A DNA stretch of 64,000 nucleotides from an uncultured Gammaproteobacteria bacterium (GCA_964486505.1 CAZAMC010000003.1:139120-203119); one strand, 5' to 3'; shown: positions 18,445-29,743, counted from the first letter of the stretch. Numbers and translations are program-made. Notes: generated by a model not told the origin, from the sequence alone.

Positions 18445-20439
18445 ATGAACGTTACTGAGCTTGCCCGACGGCTTCGCATTCCGGTTCAGGACCTTCGCAC
18501 AGCGTTGCCGAAGCTCGGGTTTGGCATTGGCTCGAAGGCCCACAAAGTTTCGGACGTGGTTGCACAGGGTATCATTAAGAAACACAAGGAGCAGCCCGAG
18601 CTCTTCGAGCCCGAAAAAGAAGTAGATGAAATTGCCATAGCCGAGAAGACGGCCGTCTCTGGGCCAGTCGAAATTCCATCGCGCATTACGGTGCGTGAAT
18701 TTGCCGCACGCCTTGGCAAGCCGGCACCGCTGGTTATCTCCCACTTGATGAAGAATGGAATCTTAGCAACGCTAAACGAAGAAATTGACTTTGACACCGC
18801 TTCAATTGTGGGTTCGGACTTTGGGGCGAATGTGATGCGCCAGAAAGAGCAGACCACAAGCGAGCGCGAGACCGAACTTGCAGATAAAGTGACGCAGCTC
18901 ATTGCCGCCGATGAGCACAAGACGTACAGTCGCCCGCCCGTTGTCGTGGTCATGGGGCACGTTGACCATGGGAAGACCAGCCTGCTCGATGCTATCCGCA
19001 AAGCAAAGGTTGCTGAAAAAGAACATGGCGGCATCACGCAGCACATCGGTGCATACCAAGTGACCCACGAAGGCAAGCTCATAACCTTCATTGATACACC
19101 GGGCCACGAAGCCTTCACCGCCATGCGCTCCCGCGGGGCGAATGTTGCCGACATTGCTATCGTGGTCATTGCGGCAGACGATGGCATAAAACCCCAAACC
19201 CGAGAAGTACTCAACATCGTGGAGCGCACGAAGCTGCCTTTCGTTGTGGCGATCACAAAGATTGATAAGGACGGCGCGAGCGCTGACAAGGTAAAGACTG
19301 ATCTAGCCTCCATCAACCTGCAGCCAGAAGACTGGGGCGGCAAGGTGATGACGGTGCCAGTTTCGGGTAAAACAGGCGCGGGCATTCCAGACTTACTGGC
19401 CGCAATTAACCTGGTGGCCGACGTTGAAAAAGACAAGCTCCTCTCCAATCCAGAAGGCAAACTTGTTGCTACGGTTATTGAGTCCCACGTGGATCCGGGT
19501 GAAGGCCCCATTGCCACGGTGCTCGTGCAGAACGGCACCCTCCGCCAAAGTGACTTCATCGTTGCGGGGCCGGTGGTGGGGAAAGCCCGCAACCTGAAGA
19601 ACTGGAACAACGAAATTGTGGATGCCGCGGGCCCCTCCATGCCTGTGGTCATCCTGGGCTTGAAAGCGGCGCCCTCGGTGGGCGACATTCTCGAATCTCC
19701 GGAAGACGAAAAGGCGGCTCGGAAGCTCATGAAGCAACAGGAAGCGGCGTTGCGGCTCATGCAAATGAAGGCTCGCGAATCGGCCAAGACTGCGTCGGTC
19801 ATCGCTGGCAAATCGGTAACCGGTGACGTAACAAAACTGCCGCTCTTCCTCAAGGCCGACAAAGTTGGCTCCATGGAAGCAATCATCGAGAGCATGAAGG
19901 CCTTCAGCTTTCCCGAAGTTCGCCCCGAGGTAGTGGGCCAAGGTCTAGGCGACATCACAGAGTCAGACGTGCTGCGGGCCGAACAGGCAGGAGCGTGGCT
20001 GCTGGGCTTTAACGTGAGCGTGAGCCCCAAGGTAGTATCCAATGCCCGAACCAAAGTTGAAACCTTCACCGTCATTTACGAACTTTTGGATGCAGTGAAA
20101 GCTGGCTTGGAAGAAAAAGTAGGCGCCGATGTGGTGGAAGAACCCGTCGGCCAAGCCCGGGTACTCAAGGTCTTCCGGAGCGAAGGGAAAACTGCGATTG
20201 CGGGGGCGAAGGTTACCGAGGGCGTTGCCAAGGCGAAAGCGAAGGTCCGCGTCTTCCGTGCCGGAAAAGTCTTGGCCACGGTGAAGTTGGAGCAACTCCA
20301 GCAGAACAAGCAGAGCGTGGGTGAAGTGGCGACAAACTTGGAGTGCGGACTCAAACTCTCGGGCTTTGCAGGCATTACCGAAGGGGACACCTTGGTGTTC
20401 GTCGAGGAAAAACTTGTGAAGCGCAAACTCGAAGGGTAA
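18445..20439 (+). CDS. infB: Translation initiation factor IF-2
   Basis: RPPVVVVMGHVDHGKT and DTPGHEAF motifs; start at MNVTELAR. Confidence 0.97.
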   Translation: MNVTELARRLRIPVQDLRTALPKLGFGIGSKAHKVSDVVAQGIIKKHKEQPELFEPEKEVDEIAIAEKTAVSGPVEIPSRITVREFAARLGKPAPLVISHLMKNGILATLNEEIDFDTASIVGSDFGANVMRQKEQTTSERETELADKVTQLIAADEHKTYSRPPVVVVMGHVDHGKTSLLDAIRKAKVAEKEHGGITQHIGAYQVTHEGKLITFIDTPGHEAFTAMRSRGANVADIAIVVIAADDGIKPQTREVLNIVERTKLPFVVAITKIDKDGASADKVKTDLASINLQPEDWGGKVMTVPVSGKTGAGIPDLLAAINLVADVEKDKLLSNPEGKLVATVIESHVDPGEGPIATVLVQNGTLRQSDFIVAGPVVGKARNLKNWNNEIVDAAGPSMPVVILGLKAAPSVGDILESPEDEKAARKLMKQQEAALRLMQMKARESAKTASVIAGKSVTGDVTKLPLFLKADKVGSMEAIIESMKAFSFPEVRPEVVGQGLGDITESDVLRAEQAGAWLLGFNVSVSPKVVSNARTKVETFTVIYELLDAVKAGLEEKVGADVVEEPVGQARVLKVFRSEGKTAIAGAKVTEGVAKAKAKVRVFRAGKVLATVKLEQLQQNKQSVGEVATNLECGLKLSGFAGITEGDTLVFVEEKLVKRKLEG

Positions 20440-20808
20440 ATGCCTTCCAAACGCGTCAACCAACTCAACGCCTTGCTCCAGCAGAAACTGGGGGAAATTT
20501 TTCTCATAGAAATGAACTTCCCCGAAGGCGCTGTGGTCACCATAACCCGCGTCGAAACAACGGGGGATATTCGTCACTGTGTCGTTTTCCTGTCGGTCCT
20601 ACCGGAAAAGTTTGAGGGCGGCGTGCTAACGTTGCTGAACAAGCGCTTGCCCTTCCTGCACCACGAGCTCATGAAGGCGCTCACCCTCTCCCGCATCCCC
20701 ACCCTGCACTTCCGCATTGAAACGCGCGGCAAAGCGGCGGGCGATATTGAAAAGTTACTGGACCAAGTGAAGGCGGATTTGCCGCCGGAGGAACTGCGGC
20801 CGCAATAG
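20440..20808 (+). CDS. rbfA: Ribosome-binding factor A
   Basis: Directly follows infB; VTITRVE...IPTLHF. Confidence 0.88.
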   Translation: MPSKRVNQLNALLQQKLGEIFLIEMNFPEGAVVTITRVETTGDIRHCVVFLSVLPEKFEGGVLTLLNKRLPFLHHELMKALTLSRIPTLHFRIETRGKAAGDIEKLLDQVKADLPPEELRPQ

Positions 20809-20846
20809 CAAGAAAGGACCGCGCAGAGCACGGTCCTCAAGGATGA

Positions 20847-21098
20847 CTACAACCTCGGGCTAAATTTTTTCGATCCCGATGGTGGGGATGGCGGGCCTCC
20901 ACGTCCAATCCGAGAGATGACGAAGCCGATGACCAGGATGATCACGAAAATGGCCACGGGAGCTCTCAGGTCTCTTAGCATTGCTCCCGGCGTGTCCCAC
21001 GCTTCGGCATCCGGGTTGTTAAGTGCGGCCACGTTTGAACCAATCACGAGCAAAAAACACAACAGAATGAACTTTTTCACTTGCAAACCTCCGGTCAA
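20847..21098 (-). CDS. Small membrane protein
   Basis: Two hydrophobic segments; GGAGG present, true start may be GTG ~21080. Confidence 0.55.
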   Translation of the reverse strand: MTGGLQVKKFILLCFLLVIGSNVAALNNPDAEAWDTPGAMLRDLRAPVAIFVIILVIGFVISRIGRGGPPSPPSGSKKFSPRL

Positions 21099-21186
21099 CT
21101 TTTGTGCTTACGTCGTACCACACGCCCGGTACCTCCACAAGTTGGAGGCGTAAGTAGAGCGCCCACACGGGAGCGCTCCGAACAGA

Positions 21187-21513
21187 CTACTCATTGGTGT
21201 CCCAGAAAAAGTCCTCTCTGCTGGCGCCGATGCGAATGCTGCTCCCAGCCGTTAACAGCTTTTCAGCTTTTTCGCGTATCTCACTAACTTCCTGTTCCTT
21301 GAATGGCATGCCGAGCATGAGCAGCTCTACAGATGCACGCACCGTACTGCCATAAACATTCGAGTCAGCGACTTGCCAAACGGACACACAGTGGACTTTT
21401 TCAGGATGACCGTGCGCGGTTGCTACAATCAGTGGCAGCGCATCCTGCAGGTCCTGACACTTTTTGAGGTCTGGACCAAACGTGTTAATTTTCATCAGAA
21501 CCACAATGTTCAT
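21187..21513 (-). CDS. Hypothetical protein
   Basis: 108-aa ORF with SD GAGGAGG and a TTGACA promoter. Confidence 0.6.
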   Translation of the reverse strand: MNIVVLMKINTFGPDLKKCQDLQDALPLIVATAHGHPEKVHCVSVWQVADSNVYGSTVRASVELLMLGMPFKEQEVSEIREKAEKLLTAGSSIRIGASREDFFWDTNE

Positions 21514-22135
21514 TGTTCCTCCTCTTTCAAATCAATTTGGTTTTGTGCAACAGCCAAGGCTAACACTCTGCGGTTTCCGATGTCAAGGGCGGGAGATGGT
21601 CAAGCTAATCTACAAAAGCCCGACAGTTATTGTCGGGCTTTTCATAATGAACGTGGGCAGACTTAGGCGTGGCCACCATTGGGCTGAACCTTGAGCCAGC
21701 GCACTGCCACCACCTCGCGACAGAAAGCGTAGAACGCCGTACCCGCGAGAGCACCGATGATGATGCTCGCCACAGACAGCAGGGCTCCACCCTGCAAAAA
21801 GTACCGTTCAGCGACGAAAGTGACGACCATGCCAAGCGAGGCGTCGACCAAACACATTGCCCGGTCACGACAGTGGACGACACCGCACCGGCTGCGGCGC
21901 CAGCATACATCCTGACGCCAAGGCCCTGGGGCCGCGCACCTGTAAGAAGCAGCATGAAATCCTGTGCCAGAGCGGCTGCGATTTCTGTCCGCACTGCGGC
22001 CAGGACATTAGTTTCTACCGCTTCTTCTTGGTCGCCTAAACTCCCGGCCAACCCCTCCCTTGGGTTGGCCGGCTTTCCATTGCCGTCGTGGTCTTGACGC
22101 AGTACGCTGGACGTCGTACAGTACGTGATCTTCTT

Positions 22136-23110
22136 ATGACTGACCACCTCGCCACCTACGACGCCATTACCCAGGCAATCCGCGACGCTCGGGAAATCCT
22201 GCTCATTGCCCACAAAAAGCCGGATGGCGACACCCTGGGAGCGAACCTCGCCGTAGCCAATTGGCTGCGGGACCAAGGGCGCCACTTCCACATCTACTGC
22301 ACCCATCCCGTGCCCGCCCACTTCCAGTACCTGCCGCTCTGGCAGCACGTGAAAACCACCGATGAAGAACTGGCGGGCATCCCGTTTGACCTGGTGATCG
22401 CCATTGATTCATCCAGCCTGTCGTACTCGGGGGCCGAAGACCTGGTGAGCAAACTCCAGGGCAAACCAAAGATTGTGAACATCGATCACCATGCCACGAA
22501 TCCACACTTCGGCGATCTCAACGTCGTGGATGCTTCCGCGTCCTCGGCCTGCGAGCTGGTGTACCGCTTCCTCACGCATGTGGGCGGGACTGTAACCCGC
22601 GATATTGCTACGTGCTTGCTCACGGGCATCCTCACCGACACCGGCGGCTTCTCCAACATGGCCACAACGTATGAAGCCATGGACATTGCGGGCACGCTCC
22701 TCAAGCGGGGCGCGAAATTCCGGGCTATCACCAACCACACCGTTCGGAACAAATCCGTTACGACGCTCAAACTCTGGGGCCGCGCTTTGGACCGACTCAC
22801 GCGTCACGCGAATGGCGTCGTCAGCACCGTCATAACGCAGGCAGACTTACAAGAGTGCGAAGCCACGGAGGACGACATGGAAGGCATTGCCAACTTCCTC
22901 AACGCGCTCCAGGACGCCAAGATCATCATGGTGCTCAAAGAACAAGATGGAATGGTGAGGGGTAGCCTGCGCACCACCGAGCCCGACGTGGACGTTGCCG
23001 AGCTGGCGAAGCGCTGGTTTGGCGGGGGTGGACATAAGAAAGCCGCGGGCTTCAGCGTGCCGGGCAAACTCGTCCAGACCCCACACGGCTGGCGAATCGA
23101 AAGTGTATAA
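22136..23110 (+). CDS. nrnA: DHH/DHHA1 phosphoesterase (nanoRNase/pAp phosphatase)
   Basis: HKKPDGD, NIDHH, TDTG and GGGGHKKAAG motifs. Confidence 0.92.
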   Translation: MTDHLATYDAITQAIRDAREILLIAHKKPDGDTLGANLAVANWLRDQGRHFHIYCTHPVPAHFQYLPLWQHVKTTDEELAGIPFDLVIAIDSSSLSYSGAEDLVSKLQGKPKIVNIDHHATNPHFGDLNVVDASASSACELVYRFLTHVGGTVTRDIATCLLTGILTDTGGFSNMATTYEAMDIAGTLLKRGAKFRAITNHTVRNKSVTTLKLWGRALDRLTRHANGVVSTVITQADLQECEATEDDMEGIANFLNALQDAKIIMVLKEQDGMVRGSLRTTEPDVDVAELAKRWFGGGGHKKAAGFSVPGKLVQTPHGWRIESV

Positions 23111-23150
23111 AAAAGGAGCCGAGATTGTGTCTCGACTCCCGTGAAGAACA

Positions 23151-25970
23151 TTACTTCGATTCCATCTTTACAAGAATCTGGCCGAGCATCTCCAAGCGGC
23201 GTCCAGCTTCGGCAAATTTGCCTTCGCTGTTCAACTGCTTGTACTCGCTGAAGAGCCGGCGCGCTTCGTCAGCAAGGTTGCTGTCTCCGCCCGCCACATT
23301 GTTGGTCAAGCCCCCTGCCAGAACTTCAACGTGGCCACCTTGCCGGTTCAGTAGATCCTGCAAAGCTTCATTGAAGGTTGCGCCGTACCCAAGCGCGGTT
23401 TGACTTGCAACGACAACGCGCTGGAGCTGCGGCATATTGGCGTTCTCTGACTGCAGGTAGATAGGCGCCACGTACAGGAGCTCAAAGTTCGGCAGCGGGA
23501 TGACGAGGACATCACGCTGGATGACATTCGATCCCTTCTGATTCCACAGAGTGAAGTCTTGGGAGATCTTATCATCTTGATTAATGTTGGCGTTCACCTG
23601 CAGGGGCCCGTAGACCAGCCGATCTTTGGGGAAATGGTACACGTACAGTTCCCCGTACGCGTCACCATCGCAACGAGCGGCAATCCACGCCACCATGTTG
23701 TTCTTGGTGTTCGCGGGGTCTTTGGTGTGCGGGGTAAACGGGAGCATACCCACGTACTCTTCAGTCGCATGACCGGGGAGTTGCATGAGCAGGTAATACG
23801 CCGGCATACGACCGACGTTCCCATCACCACTCTGCTGCGCCACATCCCAGGCATCTTCCTGATTGTAGAAGAGCCCAGGGTCGTTCATGTGATACCGGCA
23901 GAGCATGTCCGCTTGAATATTGAGCAAGTCTTCGGGGTAACGAATGTGCTTGCGCAACGAAGCCGGCATTTGCTCCATGGGCGTAAAGAGCGACGGGAAG
24001 ATACGCTCCCAGGTCTGGATCATCGGGTCAGTTGAATCTGACACGTAAAACATGACCCGGCCATTGAAGGCGTCGATCGTGATCTTTACCGAATTGCGGA
24101 TGTAGTTAATGTCCGCCCCGTGCTTTTCTGAGTACGGGTACTTATCGGTCACGGTATATGCGTCCAGCATGTAGTAGAGGGCGCTGTCCGCAACAACACA
24201 GTAGGGATCAAAATCAAGCCTCAGAAATGGAGCAAGCTTCTTTACCCGAGTAATGATGTCGCGATCAAACAGAATGCGACTTTCGGCATGAAGCTCGCTG
24301 GCCATAAACATACGGAAGCCATCAAACGCCCAGGCGAGAGCCAGCTTATGCAGACCGGTACCGAGAGGCACGCCGCCCGTACCGTTATAGGTATACAGTA
24401 CGTTCGTTCCGGAGTCGGATGGGTAATCAAACTCCTTGTGGCTCGTCTGTACTATCACCGTAGAGTTGGTCACCTCGCCGTAGTAGATACGCGGCTGTTT
24501 GATCCCAAGTTCGGGATACTTCGCTTGCGCGGGGATATCCTTCACCCAGTAATCAGGTTCACCACGACCCAGTACGACGTTGGATGGGTTCATGCACACC
24601 CCCATGCCATGGGTGTAGACGAGGCGTAAGTTCTGCCACGTCTGCGCCTGCTCGGTGATGTGGTCACTATAGAGCTCCCGCGGGGCAACCATAAGCTGCA
24701 CCGCTTTGCCCTGCACTTCATACCGGTCAACGTCGACATCGGGGAACCCGTAGTAGGTTCTCAGAGCCTGACGGTTGTGATTGTTTGCAATCAACACCCG
24801 CCAGTCCCATAAACGGATACTCCCCAGCGTCCCGGCACTTACTTGCAGCGTCGAGCTCGTAATACTGTCGTGCAGCGCGAACTCTTTATCGTGGATATGC
24901 GAGAGGTTATAGGCCTCACGCGTGGCCACAATGTTCCGCTCAATGTAGACCTGTTCTTTGGTCAGTTCATTCGGCGCTACGCTGTAGTGCTGAACCAACC
25001 CTGGATACAGAACCATGCCTGAGAGGAAAAATAGCACTGCGCCACCGAAACCGATGATCAACGACCGAACCGTAAACTTCAGGCTCTTATGGAAAGCGCC
25101 TATGAAATTCACGGCGGCGAAAATCACTAGCAGCCACTGCGCCAGCTGGTACATCGGCAGTCGGGCATGTAAGTCTGTGTAGCCAGCACCGACGACGACG
25201 CCGTTGGTGGAGTACACAAGTTCCCACATGTTAAGCCGCGCGCCCCAAGCGAAAAGCAGAAGCATGCATGCGACGAGGAAGGAACCGTGACTGAGTAGCA
25301 AGTACTTCAGCCGGCGGTTGCGTTCCATTACGGCTCTCGATTCATTGCTCCAGGAGTTGTAGTTCCATACGCACTTGGTGAGGTAACCAGCCGCCGTAAG
25401 GGCAGCCGCACACACGATAAGCCCGAAGAAGTACGTCGCAAGATCGTTGAACCACGGGAGAGCGTAAACGTAGAAGCTAATGTCCTTATTGAACACCGCA
25501 TCTACTTTCCCAAACCCCACGTGTGCCCCGTACTGCAAGTACGTTTCCCAGCTAGACGCTGTGAAAAGGCCGGCGATGACTGAAACACCTGCAAAGATCG
25601 ACACCAATTGACCATGGGAGGGGTAGGCAATCCCTTCTGTACGGCCTATGGGGTGAAGATCTTCTTTCCGAACCTTCCACTGGATGAACTTGGCGTTGGC
25701 CCAGAGTACCAGGAAGAACCCGAGCGTACCGAAGATGAATAGCTGGACTTTCGTCCAGAATCCTGTCCAGTACACACTGGCCTGCCCGAGCTCCTCAAAC
25801 CACATTGCATTCACCCACACTCCCGACGCAATAATCGCCAGGATTATGGCTACGTCAGCCGCTATTGCGGACCATACTGCTAGTCCTTTCCACGGACGCT
25901 TGCGTATTGCAGCGAGCACCCAAGGAATGTGCACAGCGACAAAGAGGACGGTGATGAGGAAACCAAACAC
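23151..25970 (-). CDS. UPF0182 family membrane protein
   Basis: WFEELG, DISFYVYALP, GAGYTD, IRLWD, YTHG, PRIYYGE and NYIRNSVK motifs. Confidence 0.92.
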   Translation of the reverse strand: MFGFLITVLFVAVHIPWVLAAIRKRPWKGLAVWSAIAADVAIILAIIASGVWVNAMWFEELGQASVYWTGFWTKVQLFIFGTLGFFLVLWANAKFIQWKVRKEDLHPIGRTEGIAYPSHGQLVSIFAGVSVIAGLFTASSWETYLQYGAHVGFGKVDAVFNKDISFYVYALPWFNDLATYFFGLIVCAAALTAAGYLTKCVWNYNSWSNESRAVMERNRRLKYLLLSHGSFLVACMLLLFAWGARLNMWELVYSTNGVVVGAGYTDLHARLPMYQLAQWLLVIFAAVNFIGAFHKSLKFTVRSLIIGFGGAVLFFLSGMVLYPGLVQHYSVAPNELTKEQVYIERNIVATREAYNLSHIHDKEFALHDSITSSTLQVSAGTLGSIRLWDWRVLIANNHNRQALRTYYGFPDVDVDRYEVQGKAVQLMVAPRELYSDHITEQAQTWQNLRLVYTHGMGVCMNPSNVVLGRGEPDYWVKDIPAQAKYPELGIKQPRIYYGEVTNSTVIVQTSHKEFDYPSDSGTNVLYTYNGTGGVPLGTGLHKLALAWAFDGFRMFMASELHAESRILFDRDIITRVKKLAPFLRLDFDPYCVVADSALYYMLDAYTVTDKYPYSEKHGADINYIRNSVKITIDAFNGRVMFYVSDSTDPMIQTWERIFPSLFTPMEQMPASLRKHIRYPEDLLNIQADMLCRYHMNDPGLFYNQEDAWDVAQQSGDGNVGRMPAYYLLMQLPGHATEEYVGMLPFTPHTKDPANTKNNMVAWIAARCDGDAYGELYVYHFPKDRLVYGPLQVNANINQDDKISQDFTLWNQKGSNVIQRDVLVIPLPNFELLYVAPIYLQSENANMPQLQRVVVASQTALGYGATFNEALQDLLNRQGGHVEVLAGGLTNNVAGGDSNLADEARRLFSEYKQLNSEGKFAEAGRRLEMLGQILVKMESK

Positions 25971-26239
25971 ATGAACCTCCTTCTAATAGGTCTTGTATAT
26001 TGAATTTTTACAATTTTTCAACGTGCGCTCCAGGAATCTGGAATCACTATGTTTGCAAAGCTCTAGCTGAGCATTCCAAACGTGCCAGCATAACTCATTT
26101 TTTCAAATTTGTCAAGGTGTGCCACTATTCGGGATCAATATTTTTTCTCTGCAATCACCGGTTGACCGCCCGCACAGATTGACGGAACAGTGCTTTTGCC
26201 ATATACCACTACTACCTACTCCCTAGCCTCATCTCACGT

Positions 26240-26824
26240 ATGTACCTGGTCCCCACCGTTATCGAAAAGACCAACTTCGGCGAGCGCGCCTACGACATTT
26301 ACTCCCGCTTGCTCAAAGACCGAATCATCTTTCTTGGCGACGCCATTGACGATGGCATCGCGAATACGGTCATCGCGCAGATGCTCCTCTTGGCTAGCCA
26401 AGATTCGGACAAAGACATCAAGCTCTACATCAACTCACCCGGCGGCTCGGTGACCTCGGGCATGGCCATTTACGACACCATGCAGTACGTGAAGCCGGAC
26501 GTGAGCACCATCTGCGTGGGCATGGCCGCGAGCATGGCGGCCGTTCTCCTCGCCGGCGGGAAGAAGGGCAAGCGCCTGGCCCTGCCGAATGCCGAAATTC
26601 TCATTCACCAGGTGATGGGTGGCACCGAGGGGCAAGCCTCGGACATAAAAATTCGCGCTGAGCACATCCTGAAGATAAAGGACCGGCTCAACCAGATCCT
26701 CGCCAAGCACACGGGTCAACCTATTCGGAAAGTGGAAGAGGATAGCGACCGGGACAACTACATGAGTGCCGAAGAAGCCCGGAAGTACGGCATCGTGGAC
26801 AAGATAATTACCAAGACTCCGTAA
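26240..26824 (+). CDS. clpP: ATP-dependent Clp protease proteolytic subunit
   Basis: [28 protein letters not shown] and IHQ motifs. Confidence 0.97.
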   Translation: MYLVPTVIEKTNFGERAYDIYSRLLKDRIIFLGDAIDDGIANTVIAQMLLLASQDSDKDIKLYINSPGGSVTSGMAIYDTMQYVKPDVSTICVGMAASMAAVLLAGGKKGKRLALPNAEILIHQVMGGTEGQASDIKIRAEHILKIKDRLNQILAKHTGQPIRKVEEDSDRDNYMSAEEARKYGIVDKIITKTP

Positions 26825-26950
26825 ATCCCCGCCCAAACGCGCAGTACCCCTGCGCGTTTTGCATTTCTCAGAGAACATGGTATGGTACGGTCTGCTACGA
26901 AACTGGCGGATTTTCCGCAGTAGCCCTCAAATCCCACATGTTCCTCCCTT

Positions 26951-28507
26951 ATGACACTTTCATCCGTGGACAACTCCCTCGCTATTTGGTTTTGGCTAGG
27001 ATTCTTACCCGTCGGCACGTTCGGCGGGATGCTCGTCGGGTACTTCGCCCGTAAAGTCTGGGCATCGAAACAAGTCGAAGGCGCTGAAGCGAAACTCCAG
27101 AAAGCTCTGGAGGAAGCGAAGAAGCAAGAACAAGAGCTGCTCTACAAAGCAAAAGAGCGGGCTTTGAAGGTGATTGATGAAGCGAAGCGTGAAGAGGCTG
27201 AGCGTCGGAAGGAGCTGCAGCACCTGCAGTCACGTTTGGAGCAGCGCGAAAGCCAGTTCGACGCAAAACTTCTGCAGATTGAGAAGAGCAAACAGCAGGT
27301 GCAGGAGAAGGAAAACCGCTTAGAGAACATTCGCAAAGAGCTGGAACAAGTGCGTGAGCAGCAGGTGGCAAAGTTGGAGAAGATTGCCGGCCTCTCTAAA
27401 GAGGAGGCGCGCCGGGTGCTCATGGATGCAACCGAGCGGGATATGAAAGACGAACTCATGGAACGCATCAAGAGGTTCCAAGAAGAGTCGGCTGAGGAAA
27501 TTGATAAGCAGGCCAAGAACCTCATTGGCCTTGCTATTCAACGCGTGGCTTCCCCACATACGGCCGAAACCACCACGACCATCGTCAACCTGCCGAATGA
27601 GGAAATGAAAGGGCGCATTATTGGAAAAGAAGGCCGGAACATTAAGACGCTGGAACTCATGACCGGCGTGGAAATTATCGTGGATGAAACCCCAGAATCT
27701 ATCGTCGTGTCGGGCTTCTCGCCCGTACGCCGCCAAGTGGCAAAGCGCACGCTGGAGCGCCTCATGGCCGACGGCCGCATCCACCCCGGACGCATCGAGG
27801 ACGCCGTGGACCAAGCGAAGAAAGAAATTCAACAGGACATGAAGAAGGCGGGCGAAGAGGCAGCCTACGAAGTGGGCGTCGCGGGCATGGATCCGAAGCT
27901 GCTGCTCTTACTTGGCCGCCTGAAGTACCGCACGAGCTACGGCCAGAACGTCTTGCGGCACTCGGTGGAGGTTGCCACCTTGGCTGGCCTCTTGGCCGAA
28001 GAGCTGGGCGCCAACGTGAGCGTGTGTAAGAAGGGTGGCCTTTTGCACGACATTGGCAAGGCGCTTGACCACGATATCCAAGGCACGCACCCGGAAATTG
28101 GCTACGACATTCTGCGCCGAAAGTTCAAGATGCCCGAAGAGGTTGCCTACCAGTGCATCTCCCACCACGAAGACAGCCCCAAAACCCTCGAGGGTGCCAT
28201 TGTGAAAGCCGCAGACGCCATCTCTGGCTCCCGCCCCGGCGCACGCAAGGACAGCATCGAGCAGTACATCCAGCGCTTAGAAGAACTGGAAAAACTGGCA
28301 GCGAGCTTCGAAGGCGTGGAGAAAGCCTACGCAATTCAAGCGGGCCGTGAGATCCGCGTGTTTGTCCGGCCGGAAAAGGTGGATGACTACGCCGCCGTGA
28401 AGCTGGCCCGCGAAGTGGCGAACAGTATCGAGAAGGAGCTGCAGTACCCGGGTGAAATTAAAGTTACGGTCATCCGCGAGAAACGAATTATTGAATACGC
28501 AAGGTAA
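26951..28507 (+). CDS. rny: Ribonuclease Y
   Basis: N-terminal TM, coiled coil, KH (KGRIIGKEGRNI) and HD (LLHDIGK) domains. Confidence 0.97.
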   Translation: MTLSSVDNSLAIWFWLGFLPVGTFGGMLVGYFARKVWASKQVEGAEAKLQKALEEAKKQEQELLYKAKERALKVIDEAKREEAERRKELQHLQSRLEQRESQFDAKLLQIEKSKQQVQEKENRLENIRKELEQVREQQVAKLEKIAGLSKEEARRVLMDATERDMKDELMERIKRFQEESAEEIDKQAKNLIGLAIQRVASPHTAETTTTIVNLPNEEMKGRIIGKEGRNIKTLELMTGVEIIVDETPESIVVSGFSPVRRQVAKRTLERLMADGRIHPGRIEDAVDQAKKEIQQDMKKAGEEAAYEVGVAGMDPKLLLLLGRLKYRTSYGQNVLRHSVEVATLAGLLAEELGANVSVCKKGGLLHDIGKALDHDIQGTHPEIGYDILRRKFKMPEEVAYQCISHHEDSPKTLEGAIVKAADAISGSRPGARKDSIEQYIQRLEELEKLAASFEGVEKAYAIQAGREIRVFVRPEKVDDYAAVKLAREVANSIEKELQYPGEIKVTVIREKRIIEYAR

Positions 28508-28642
28508 TGTCTGGAGGGGAACCTTGGACGGTTCCCCTTCCAGCGTCCCGCCGTCGCGGGACTGCCTCCCTTCCCTGGCTGTGTCGCGGCGTCAGTCGTC
28601 GGACAAGCCAAGCTTGAACCTCCTTCTTCCTTGCGACGTTCC

Positions 28643-29422
28643 ATGAAAATACTTTTCATTGGGGATATAGTGGGTAAACCTGGGCGCGCCATTGTGGCCC
28701 AGGTCTTACCGAATCTCAAGAAGGAACTCGCAATTGACGTTGTCATCGCCAACGTAGAAAACCTCGCACACGGCAAGGGTGTAACGCAGAAAACGTGGGA
28801 CGAGGTGCGCCGGGCGGGGGTGGATATTGGCACGGGCGGCAACCACACGGTGAGCAAAGATGATGCGCGATCGCTCTTGGCCGATCCTGCACAGCCACTT
28901 GTACGACCCGCGAACTACGCAGACCTACCCGGCACAGGTGACCGCACGATTACTGTGCAAGGAGCAGAGATTCGCGTGCTCAACCTCGTGGGCCAATCCT
29001 TCATGGATGAATCGGTAGCATCACCCTTTACCACCGCCGATACACTCCTCACCGAAAAAGGCGCGCCCGTAACTATCCTGGACATGCACGCCGAAGCGAC
29101 CAGCGAGAAAGTGGCTATGGGCTGGCACGTTGATGGCCGCGTGAGCGCTGTGGTTGGCACGCACACCCACGTACCAACCGCCGACAGCCGCATCCTGCCC
29201 CACGGCACGGCCTACGTGACGGATGCCGGCATGTGTGGCCTGCGCGACAGCATCATCGGCGTGGACCGGGAGGCCATTATGCCGCGCTTCCTGGGCGGGG
29301 AAAAGCGCCGACATGACATTGCTGAGCACGGCCCTGCGGTTTTCAACGCCGTCCTCATCGAAGTGGATGCACATGGCCATGCCACGAGCATCGTTCGGGT
29401 AGACCGGGAAGATGCGGTATAA
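28643..29422 (+). CDS. ymdB: YmdB-like metallophosphoesterase (TIGR00282)
   Basis: FIGDIVG, GNH, HAEATSEK and GTHTHV motifs; downstream of rny. Confidence 0.93.
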   Translation: MKILFIGDIVGKPGRAIVAQVLPNLKKELAIDVVIANVENLAHGKGVTQKTWDEVRRAGVDIGTGGNHTVSKDDARSLLADPAQPLVRPANYADLPGTGDRTITVQGAEIRVLNLVGQSFMDESVASPFTTADTLLTEKGAPVTILDMHAEATSEKVAMGWHVDGRVSAVVGTHTHVPTADSRILPHGTAYVTDAGMCGLRDSIIGVDREAIMPRFLGGEKRRHDIAEHGPAVFNAVLIEVDAHGHATSIVRVDREDAV

Positions 29423-29464
29423 TGGGAAGTGCGCATTCGCACTGACCGAAAGGGGGTGGCACTC

Positions 29465-29743
29465 ATGAATAAAGCTGAACTCATCGATAAGCTCGCGGAA
29501 AAGGCCGGCTTGAATAAGAAGCAGGTAGAAGACCTGCTCCAGGGTTTTGAGGATACCGTTACCGAGACCATCAAAGCCGGCGGTGAAGTGACGCTCACGG
29601 GCTTCGGCACGTTCCTGGCAAAGGAACGCTCGGCCCGCACGGGTGTGAATCCCCAGAATCCCACAGAGAAAATCCAGATCGCCGCGGTCCGCGTGCCGAA
29701 GTTCAAGGCCGGCAAGTCCCTCAAGGACGCGCTGAAGAAGTAA
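29465..29743 (+). CDS. hup: HU DNA-binding protein
   Basis: MNKAELI, GFGTF, GVNPQ and PKFKAGKSLK motifs. Confidence 0.96.
   Translation: MNKAELIDKLAEKAGLNKKQVEDLLQGFEDTVTETIKAGGEVTLTGFGTFLAKERSARTGVNPQNPTEKIQIAAVRVPKFKAGKSLKDALKK

Noticed and set aside
18486-20075. 529-aa minus-strand ORF
   Set aside because: Antisense shadow of infB
21650-22097. Gene upstream of nrnA (Cys-rich + ORF 21857-22039 versus hydrophobic - ORF 21663-21857)
   Set aside because: Competing frames with no convincing start or family; possibly a decayed gene, so not called
28508-28630. SRP or 6S RNA
   Set aside because: The minus-strand CAGGGAAGGGAGGCAG does not form the SRP helix-8 motif, and no 6S-like long rod is evident
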